A stretch of DNA of 64,000 nt from Guillardia theta CCMP2712 (lineage: Eukaryota > Protista > Cryptophyta), in NCBI RefSeq assembly GCF_000315625.1, contig NW_005434638.1, positions 313,300 through 377,299 of the forward strand. Reading direction: 5' to 3'. Below the pieces are notes generated by a model. It ran no database searches. It saw only the letters and a program-made list of their open reading frames with translations, and was not told the origin of the DNA. The translations under genes were made by a program, and so were the position numbers. Of the stretch, positions 11,165 through 20,994 are shown in pieces (position 1 is the first letter of the stretch; each line of letters begins with the position of its first letter).

Positions 11165-12908
11165 TCAATCACTTCTTCGAACTCGGAAGTTTATGGTCTT
11201 GGATTTCTCTATCATCCCGTCGTAATCACAAGGATCTTCACCCCCCAATCTGCACGGTCGTTAGAGATTGGAACTGATCGGTTGCAGAAGAGAGGTGGCA
11301 AGGGAGAGATCGAGGAAGGAGGACGAGGAAGGAGAGAAGACCTCCTTGGCAGACAATCTCGTCCAACCCTGTCTCAGCCTCAGCAGTGCTCACATACATC
11401 GTTAACGTTCACCAGTAAGAAAGCTTCTCCTCCTCCTTCTCAGCAGCGAAACGAGTGAAGTGAACCTGAAAGGAGGCGACCAACGTCATGAGCATGCGGC
11501 ATTAAACTAGTTCAAGTGGCTCGCACCTTGTCGCGGGTAGCAGCGTTCAGCCATGGCTTGATGAGAGGCCTTGAGACAAGGTCAGGGAGGAGGAGGAGGA
11601 GGAGGAGGAGGAGGAGGAGGAGGAGGATGAGGATGAGGAGGATGAGGAGGATGAGGAGGATGAGGATGAGGAGGAGGAGGAGGAAGGGTACCAGCAGAAG
11701 GTAGGGAAGAAGGTTGGCGCCTGGTGGATCAGCATGACCCCGAGCCTCTCAGGGTAGAAGTTGGTGAGGATGAAGATGAATCGCTTGACGAGCTCGTAGT
11801 CCACGTTCTTGAGGGAGGCCCCGCTCATGTCGAAGATGACGGAGAAGTGCGAAGGGTAGGGGTCCCTCAGGAGCCCCTCGGCCTCCATGAGAACATGGAT
11901 GACGAACCTGGTCGTCTCGTCCACGGGGGAGACGTCAGGATCGTGGCGGCTGACTTGCACTACAACCACAGGCCTCTGCTCCACGTCAGCCTTGGACAGG
12001 ATGTAAGACTTCTTCATCGCTATCTGCCGCCCGACCCCGTCCGAGGAGCTCGTGATGTCCGCCACGCGCTGCATGCCGTAGGCTGAGCTCTCCAGCCACT
12101 CCAGGTGCTTCAAGATGGACTGCAGAGCCGTGGTCGGGTCTTTGCGCAGGAGAAAGAAGCGCAGGAGGTCGTACTCGGACACGCCATCCAAGGACCTGTG
12201 CTCCTTCGCTCGTGCTTGCAGGAGTTTGAAGTCATCGGTTGAGAGGACGGCGAGCGGTAGCTGAGACTTCTGTGTGCCCGCTTCTGACCCCTCCGTCCCC
12301 CGCGCCTCGAGCTCCTTCTCTTCTTCCTCAAGGGCTCGCAAGATGGCATCAAACCACTGCTTCTCGATGACCCTCCATGCACCCGCACCTTCTCCTCTTT
12401 CACCTACAATCGCTCCCTGACCGCCTGCTGCATCGAGCATAGCGGCCCCGCCCCGCGTGCCAGCAAGCGTCATGTTCATGGTCGTGTTGATCAGAGGGCT
12501 CTCTGTCACATGTGGCTGGCTGACAAGGAGGCTGGATGACAAGAAGCCCTCCTCCTCCTTCCCAAAGACGATCTTGGATATCCGGGCCAGCCTCCTCGAG
12601 CCCAGCAGCACCTTGACGTCGCTCTCGTCGGAGCTGTTGAATCCTCTCAGGGCCTTGCGGACAAGCTCCAGCCTTCGGGAGCCGAAGAGCCGATTGTTCG
12701 TCTTTTTTGAGGCTCCTGCAGGAGAAATTCCCTCTCCCCCACCAAGACCAGCGACGTCCTCCTGCTCCGATCGCTGCATCCGCAAGCTCCACCTCCGAGA
12801 AAGACAGGGCGTGCATCCTCTGGTGGCGACAGGAAAGGGAAGATGCAAGAATGAAGACACTTCGGGCAAAGAGAGGAGGACGCAGGAAAGCAGGAAAGCA
12901 GGAGTCAT
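11165..12908 (-). CDS. CRAL-TRIO (Sec14-like) lipid-binding protein with a bipartite plastid-targeting leader
   Basis: Signal MTPAFLLSCVLLSLPEVSS|F plus an R/S-rich transit-like region; CRAL-N DLLRFFLLRK; TRIO domain DVEQRPVVVV..VIFDMSGASLKNVD..YPERLGVMLIHQAP..WPLIKPWL..TRDKVHF..LPRRLGG. Small 3' exons end at the TGA at 11165. Confidence 0.85.
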
Positions 12909-13068
12909 GCGCTCAGGTCTGAAATCCCGAGGCCAACTCTATGCTCCTAGCATCAAGACAGCAAGACTTCCTTGCGGAGACGAGCAGGGAAGGAAAGGAC
13001 CAAGACCGGAGATTACGAGACAGGGGAAGGAGGAGCTGACGTTGTTCAGGAACGAGCTTGTTGAACGA

Positions 13069-13120
<52 letters not shown>

Positions 13121-14428
13121 AGCAGGAACTTATAATAGCAACAGGGGTGGGTGAGTAGGGCGCAAACAAGGGGTAGTTTGGAGGATTCATTTCTTGGGGC
13201 AAGTGTCCGCATTCGATCAATTGCAGGCATAGAGGCAGCGAGGAAGGAGCGAAGGAAAGAGCAAGGTTGAGGGTGAAGGACAGCAGTGAGAGAAAGAGAG
13301 AGTAGAAGCATGTGCTGATGATGATATCTTGATGACAACATGACAGGGAATGTATGCAAGTAAAAAACTGAAACACGAAAGAACATGAAGCCATGACATC
13401 GTGGGCAGGTTTTATTAGAGTGAACAAAACTATTGTGTCAAGTAGCGATCTTCAGATTCAACCTTTCTCCTTCCCGTTTAGAGACCAAACTGTATCATCG
13501 ACCTGACTTCCCGGTACACTCTCTTGCTTCGTTTGTAGCATGAGATCCCGTATCACAGGTCAAACAAAATTTTGCGGAAGTTTGATAGAGCAAACAAGAG
13601 ACTGCATGGATATTTCAAAAGCTTTGAATTATGATGGAATCACATTCATCTTTGGCTTCGCACTACCTTTTGCAACAACTGCTCTAGTTAGACGTTTTTG
13701 TGCCTTTAACATCGCATTATAGTCCTGTACAATCCTTTCCTCCTATCGTATCCCCTGACGGAGCTTTCCGCACTTCTACCAATTCCTCTTGTCGCTCTTC
13801 GCCGATGAGCTTCATACTATCTTCTGCTCTGTCAAAGATCTCAAACAAACCGCTCTCGTTGGTCACTTTATACATGTCATTCTCCTACAAAACTTCCGCT
13901 CGCACTCTCTCACACTCCCTTCGCTTCCTCCATCTCTTTGCATCCAACAATTGGACCCATCACAGTTGAGACAATTTCTATCATCTCTACTCTATCAAAA
14001 CTGTAGTGTGAAATGAAGACATTATTCAAAACGGGAGAAAGAATTGGAGGAGTCGAGCGACTGGGAGAGGAAAAAAGAGAAATCTGAGAATCGATCTGAG
14101 ATACGCTAATACAATAGAAGGTGTCGTAGAGGACCCAACTTCTGTAATCTCTGATCTGTACTCAACACTCACTAGTCTCCAGCCTCCATAGATCTTGTCT
14201 AAGACCTCCAATTCTTTTGAACACCAACAGACGTTCTCGTCGTCATGACGTTCGATCACATCTACAAAACTTGGGGATGAGAAAGGGAGGAGAGAATCTG
14301 ATTTCTCTCTATCGTTCTCTCCTCTGTCCTTTTCCTGCTTTCTTCCGTCTCCGCTCTCCTCCTAAAGCCGTTTTCCCTCCCACCTCCCGTACTTGCATTT
14401 CTTTGGGGACATGTCCCTACCAAAACGA

Positions 14429-15027
14429 GGGGTAGGGTAATCTTGAGGGTAGTGTGTGCAACATTTGGGTGGGTACTGAAATTATCATGTGGGTAGGGGT
14501 AATGTCAGCTCACTAAAAGTTGCACCATATCTAATTGATGGCATATAGAATACCAGGGGTACTCTTGAAGAAGTACTCCAAGATCACCGGTGATAAAGAA
14601 AATACAGGGGTTCTAATTAATAGAAGGGGGGTGGTCATCTGATGCCGTGTACAACCTTTGGGGTCTTGCAATGAAGCTTGCGGACTACCCCCACCCCCAT
14701 TCGTGACAATTACTCTTTAGAGGTTGTGTCATTTTTAAAATAAGACCCTACCCTCCTACTTGAACAATCCTTGCATTCATTCATCGTTTATCTTTACGAC
14801 TATACCCCTTTTCACTAGAGAGTTATATGAGGGATATTCTCAAAATAAGGACCCCTAACGACATCTGCGATGTCTACCCCCTATCCCTGGACCATCCTTT
14901 TAAAAACGCGTACCCCACCTACAGGAAATGCATGTTCATCTACACATGAGTACCCCCACCGTCCATTCTACTCAGCCCCACCCCCAATATCGCCAGTTCC
15001 GATGCCTATAAAAGGAAGGAGGGGGTA
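14429..15027. promoter_or_regulatory. Cluster of TACCCC/GGGGTA motifs upstream of the GST gene (candidate cis-element)
   Basis: Nine copies in ~600 bp, at 14429, 14496, 14556, 14686, 14803, 14875, 14911, 14951 and 15022. Confidence 0.45.
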
Positions 15028-15047
15028 GGGGTTTTCTGTATCCCCCC

Positions 15048-16366
15048 ATGGTATTAAAAGGGTCCCGTGGAAGGATCCATACACACCTCCTTTCCTCGTC
15101 CTCTGCCTTGTCAACCGGCGCTCTCCCTTCGACCAGGCTATCCTCCTCCCTCCCTTCCTCCACATCGGCTCCTTCCTCCCAGCGACGCACTCGTGGTAGA
15201 GCCTTCTCTGCCTGGACAAGAACTTTCTTCAGGAAAGAGCCCAGTACCCTCTGTGCTCTCTTACTCGGTGCGAATTTCATCCCCGTGAACGCATCCAAGG
15301 GTTTGTTCTCCAACAGACATCCTTTGCTCTTTGCACGACCAGCCTCAACCGACAGCAACAGCAAACCTTCAGCTACTTCTCCAACGATGTCCAGCGACAC
15401 CCCTGTGCCCACCCTTCCCGAAGGCTACGTCGTCCCCGCAGTTTGGACTGAGCCTAACGACGGTCTCGGTGGAACCATGGGCAAGATGAATAGGCCTGTT
15501 GCTGGAGCGAGGTTTGACAAGCCTCTTCCACGTGGCGAGCATCCTCTTCAGCTCTACAGCTTGGGAACACCAAATGGACACAAGGTCACGATCCTCCTGG
15601 AGGAGCTTGGCATCGAGTACGATGCCTGGAAGATCAACATCATGCAGCTCGATCAGTTTGGATCTGAGTTCACCAAGATCAATCCCAACTCCAAGATCCC
15701 TGCCTTGCTCGACTACAGCGAGAACCCACCCATCCGCGTGTTCGAGTCGGGATCGATTTTGATGTACATCGCGGACAAGTACGGCAAGTTCTTCCCCAAG
15801 GAGCTTCGTCCTAGGACTGAGTGCCTCAACTGGTTGATGTGGCAGATGGGAACGGCACCCTTCATCGGCGGTGGGTTTGGCCATTTCTACAAGTACGCCC
15901 CTATCAAGATTGAGTACGCCATCGACCGTTACAGCATGGAGACTAAGCGCCAGCTCGATTTGCTCGACAAGCACTTGGCCGAGAACAAGTACATCTGTGG
16001 TGAGGAGTACACCATCGCCGATATGGCAATCTTCCCCTGGATCCGTGCCATCCCTGTCTTCTATGGGGCTACAGAGTTCCTTCAATTCCCTTCATACAAG
16101 CACCTCAACGTAAGTTTCGGATTTGTTCTCAATAGGAGAGGAGGGGATTGTGGCGACAAGCTGTTGGCATATACTCACGCAGTCATGCAGGCATGGATGG
16201 AGAGAGTTGGAGAGCGCCCGGCCGTCAAGCGCGGCCTGAAGGTTAGCATTCGCATGCAAACAAAACCATAATGTTGCTTACGTGGCGGTAGGTCAATGGC
16301 TTCACTGACAAGGATCTTGCCGAGCGCCACTCAGCAGCCGACTTTGACAAGCTCCCCAAGGAGTGA
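15048..16366 (+). CDS. yghU: Nu-class glutathione S-transferase / disulfide oxidoreductase (YghU-like); alternative start at 15387
   Basis: YVVPAVWT..NRPVAGARFDKPLPRGEHPLQLYSLGTPNGHKVTILLEEL..QFGSEFTKINPNSKIPAL..FESGSIL..GGGFGHFYKYAPIKIEYAIDRYSMETKRQLDLLDKHL..ERHSAADF. Only two short introns, both near the 3' end. Confidence 0.9.
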
Positions 16367-17096
16367 ACCATGCCTGTCCAAGCTTGCTGATAGTACAATG
16401 ATTGGATAGTGATGTGAAATGTGAGCTTTGTGATTCTAGAAGTGTCTGGTAAAATACAGATCAAATCGTGAGCAAACTCGCATTGTGCAAATCTTTATTC
16501 TACACGTTTTGTGCACCATCGTTCTCGATGCCCCGACCTCGGTTGGTCTGAATGCAGCAAGCAACAGTACTTCTAACACGGCAAACCACACACCCACAGC
16601 ATGCCGACCACGATCTGCTGCTTCTTTATGACAGGATGATGCAGGTCGCTCGCACCAGTCAGCCCAACAAGATGATCCTTCCAGTCATCAGTCCAGCTCT
16701 TTTCCTCCTGTCTCTGACCTCTCCCTCCCCCCCCTCCCTCTGACTCCTCCCACTTCGGCATTGCGGCTTGGTTACAGTACGCTCACCCCCTTGTTGAGTA
16801 AACTGTGCAAGCCTGCCTCAACAACCACCCCACCCATGGTAGACAACGGGATAAAAGGGGTGGGGAGGGCACGTGCGAAAATGGCAGGCCGCAGAGCAGG
16901 GGGGATGTGGAGGGGACGAGGAGGAGAAGCGGAGGAGGGACGGGGAAGGAGAAGGAAGGAGTCATAGAGATAGTTTATAGGATGCAAACTCTCCGGAACG
17001 GCAGCATAGTTCAGGGCTGGATCATTAGCCACGTGCTGTGCCAATACCTCGCGCAAGTTTGGTTGACGTGATATCGTAGCGGCAAGGTGAGAAGAA

Positions 17097-18656
17097 ATGG
17101 GGAGAGCGGCAAAGGACAAGCGGGACATCTATTACCGGAAAGCAAAGGAAGTCGGATTCAGGTGGATTATCTCTTTATCTGCTGTAGCTCACAACTTCCC
17201 CTCATTGCAGAGCTCGATCAGCCTTTAAGTTGCTTCAGCTTGATGAAGAATTCAAACTGCTCGAGGGTGTCAACCGCGTCGTTGATCTCTGTGCAGGTCG
17301 TCCTCGTCCTCGTCCTTGTCCTCGTCCTCGTTCCAACCCTTGTTGTTTGTTTTTCGTCGGTCTCGTCTTCGCCCTCTTCACTATCCCCGTCCCACTTCCT
17401 CGCATGAAGCTCATGACACATGCAGCACCTGGGAGCTGGAGCCAGGTTATAAGTCGCCAGCTTGCAGACAGGAGGGATCAGAGCAAGATCGTGGCAGTAG
17501 ACCTGCAGGAGATGGCGCCCATCGAAGGCGTTACTCTCGTCCAGGGGGACATCACGAGCTCCGTTGTTGCAGACAAGATAGTGCAGCTGTTTGATGGACA
17601 GAAAGCAGGTCTTCAATCATAATTATTGTCTTTCACTTCGATGACATAAGCTCACAAGACATTGTCGTGTCCGATGGAGCTCCTGATGTCACCGGCTTGC
17701 ATGATATTGACGAGTACGTGCAATCACAAGTGAGTTTGTTCGGCAAGTGAAACGTGTTGTTGAGTTTGACATCATGTTTGCTGCTGTACAAAAGCTCCTT
17801 CTGTCTGCTCTCAACATTACAACTGTCCTCCTGAGGCCCGGAGGAAGCTTTGTTGCAAAGATTTTCCGTGGAAAGGACGTCACACTCTTATACTCACAGG
17901 TATTTCATATGGCTCGATCAGTTTCTGTCGATGACGTCGTAGCGTAGCTGAAGATCTTCTTCCCCTTCGTCACATGCGCGAAGCCAAAGAGCAGTAGAAA
18001 TTCGAGCATTGAGAGTTTCATCGTTTGCAAGGTGAACGGTCGGCTGCAGCGTCAGCGATTTCGTCCCACCCCCTGACTTCGCCTCTTGTAGGGATACTGC
18101 CCCCCTGCCGGCTACATCCCCTGCCTGGACAAACCGTGTGCTACTTGCCAGACCCTCCCATGCCAGTGATGAAAGACCGTTGCAGGCTCCTCGACTTCAA
18201 GTACGGCCAGGACGATGCCCTGCTGGGTTACAATCGCTGCATCGTGCCATTTGTTGCCTGTGGGGATTTGAGCGGGTGAGGAGCAGGAGAAGTAAAGTTT
18301 CGCTCCTGATGGAGGCGGACAGGTACGATCCGGATACAGTATATGCGCTAGAAGACGAGAGCATGGAGGAATCTGGAACGTCGTACACTACCAGGGCACC
18401 AGTGCAGGTTAGTTCTTCACTACCTCCTACCTTGTTCTTCCCCTGACAGTCGCGCGTTTGTTCCAGGCTCCCATCAACCCCCCGTACAAAGCTGCTCTCG
18501 ATGCCAAGAGGATTCATAGCGTGAGTGGCGTCATCGTGCTTGAGGGGCTGCGCTGACGTGTAGCAGGCGAAGGAGAACCTAAAGGCTGAGCCGGAGGCCT
18601 CGCTCGACCCTAAGAGTACAGAGGCGAATGTTGAGGCAGCGATGGACGTCCTGTGA
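17097..18656 (+). CDS. FTSJ1: tRNA (C32/N34) 2'-O-methyltransferase, FtsJ family, multi-exon
   Basis: [22 protein letters not shown]|[20 protein letters not shown]|[82 protein letters not shown]. Confidence 0.95.
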
Positions 18657-18894
18657 GATGTTTCTACCTGCTCCTGCGAGCTCTTCTAATTGTTGGGATG
18701 CAGCCACAGGAAGAAGAACGCCCTCTCCTCATAACGCCCTGCCAGGACCGAACTGCTCCCTTCACCTGCCGCTGTGGGCACCGTCAAACATGTACATAAG
18801 GCCGTTTGCGTGAAGTCTTGTTCAAATTGTTTCCATTAATAGGCGACTTGTCAGTCATTCTTATCTCCTCCAACTTCCTCTGTCTTGTCGCTCC

Positions 18895-20421
18895 TCATGC
18901 ATAGTAGCCGACCCCCGGGAACCACAACCTGCCATCGCAACTGAGTCACCAGGCACCACGAGGGCGTTAGGTGCTGCTCACTTGAGGCGGAAAGCATCTC
19001 CTCCGTTCAAGTAATATCGCAAAAGGCGCCTGAAACAGCAATGAAACAGTTGTTTCATATCACCTTCCTGGCACTCCCCTTCCCACCACTCACTTCCTCC
19101 TCCTCCTCCTCCTCCTCCTCCTCCTCCTCCTCCTCCTCCTCCTCCTCCTCTCACTTATCGCGAAAAAATCCCAGGTTCTCGTAAAGTCGAAGAGCACCAG
19201 TGTTGCTGCACTCGGTCTCCAGAACGACCTGACACCTAGTCAGGCTTGAATCTTACAGCACAAGCTCTCACCTCCTCGCATCCCTCCGCTCTCATCGAGC
19301 GTATCGCCTTCCCCACCAGGCACGTTCCGATCCCTTTCCCTCTCAGATCCGAGTCTACCGCCAGCATGGCGATGTATCCCCTGAAGTAGTCCCGATGCTG
19401 CCAGCATCGGTTGAGGGGAGGTCGGGGAGCAGGTGCCAAGTACCTGCTCGAGCTTGCAGACGACCACACCGCAGCATTTCCCGTTGTGCCTGTGAGAGAT
19501 GAGCGTCCATAGCAGGATGTTCAACGTCGCTCACATCGCCATGTGGGTGTGTTGAGGCCAGTTATAGATGAAGTATCGGTAGGTAAAGATGGAGTACGGC
19601 TCCGATAAATCCTTATCGATGAGAGCAACGATCTCTGCATGGAGATCATTCCCGAGGAAAGGAACGAAGATGCCTCACCTGCCATCTCCTCCTCCAGGGA
19701 AAAGGTCTTGTACGTGATACCTTCTTCAGTTCCTACCACACGTTAAGAACAGCCAGACAGGCCTCTCTGGACTCACCAGCTTCATGTGTTGGCAGAGGAA
19801 GGCGATTGTAAGTCGTCCGGTAAGTTTGCTCCTCGTCATACACACCCCGTTCCTGAGGTTCCTTGTCCTCGACTGAATGATGACCCGCGCTACCCCGCCC
19901 AGCTGCATGATTCATATGCCCCGAATCCCTGTCAGCGCAACTTCAAGGAAGGGTCGGAGCGACAAGCACGAGAGAACAAGTGATCGAAGGATAGAGAAGA
20001 AGGAATCGAAGGATAGAGAAGAAGGAATCGAAGGATAGAGAAGAAGGAATCGAAGGATATAGAACAAGTGATCGAAGGATAGAGGAGAAGGAATCGAAGG
20101 ATAGAGAAGAAGGAATCGAAGGATAGAGAACAGGTGATCGAAGGATAGAGAAGAAGGGATCGAAGGATAGAGAAACACGATTTAACATGTTGAAAGTCAA
20201 GATGATGATCCGAGAGATGCTCGAGATCAAGAGGAGGAACAGGAGGGGGATCCAGCAAGGGGACTAGACCTTCGGCCGTCCTCGGAGTTCTCGAGCTGCA
20301 GTCTCTCGACCTCCTTGTGAATCTTCTCCTCGAGCTTCGCCTGCGCTATCCTCCTCCTGATCGCCTCTCGCTTCCTCTCCCTCTCCTCCTCCTCCGCATT
20401 CTCAACTTGCCCGCGCTCCAT
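18895..20421 (-). CDS. NAA30: N-alpha-acetyltransferase 30 (NatC catalytic subunit, Mak3), multi-exon
   Basis: [98 protein letters not shown]. The first exon (20421-20270) splices in frame across a repeat-containing intron. Confidence 0.92.
19972..20175. repeat. ~22-bp minisatellite (~9 copies) in NAA30 intron 1
   Basis: Core ATCGAAGGATAGAGAA alternates with GAAGGA or CA(A/G)GTG. Confidence 0.9.
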
Positions 20422-20547
20422 GCATGCAATCTTCAGAGGACCCTCCTGGTGCGGTACCCCTGTAATGTAGTATGGAATTCTCGGGGTGGGGTGGCAAGCA
20501 AAAGTCAGGATTACCCTCGGGACGATGGCGCGCTGAGGGAAGTAGAG

Positions 20548-20671
20548 GAGGGAGGGAGGGAGGGAGGGAGGGAGGGAGGGAGGGAGGGAGGGAGGGAGGG
20601 AGGGAGGGAGGGAGGGAGACAGGGAGGGAGGGAGGGAGGGGAGGGGAGGGGAGGGGAGGGGAGGGGGGGGG
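20548..20671. repeat. (GGGA)n/(GGGGA)n tract with G-quadruplex potential
   Basis: More than 20 consecutive GGG runs. Confidence 0.9.
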
Positions 20672-20804
20672 AAGTTTCGTGGGGTTGCTGACGTGTCTTG
20701 TTCGTTTTGTTCGAGCGCGTGTCGGGGGGGATCGTTGAGTCTTCCTGCGTGTGAGTGAGTGTGTTTGTGTCTCGGAATCGTATAGATCGATCCTTCCGCG
20801 ATCG

Positions 20805-20904
20805 NNNNNNNNNNNNNNNNNNNNNNNNNNNNNNNNNNNNNNNNNNNNNNNNNNNNNNNNNNNNNNNNNNNNNNNNNNNNNNNNNNNNNNNNNNNNNNNN
20901 NNNN
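20805..20904. other. Assembly gap (100 N)
   Basis: Run of N flanked by GGGA/GGAT repeats. Confidence 1.
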
Positions 20905-20994
20905 CTGTGAGGGAGGGAGGGAGGGAGGGATGGATGGATGGATGGATGGATGGATGGATGGAGGCTGTTCAGCTCTGGTGTGTCGTGTAGGATT

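Noticed and set aside
16772-17128. Minus-strand ORF overlapping the FTSJ1 start
   Set aside because: It has no recognisable domain and runs through promoter-like G-rich sequence.
19972-20175. CRISPR-like repeat-spacer appearance
   Set aside because: Linkers are only 6 nt and themselves repeated, there are no cas genes, and the array lies in a eukaryotic intron.
20548-20960. Telomere-like or functional G-rich array
   Set aside because: It is an interstitial GGGA/GGAT microsatellite next to an assembly gap; the true length is unknown and it has no telomeric unit.
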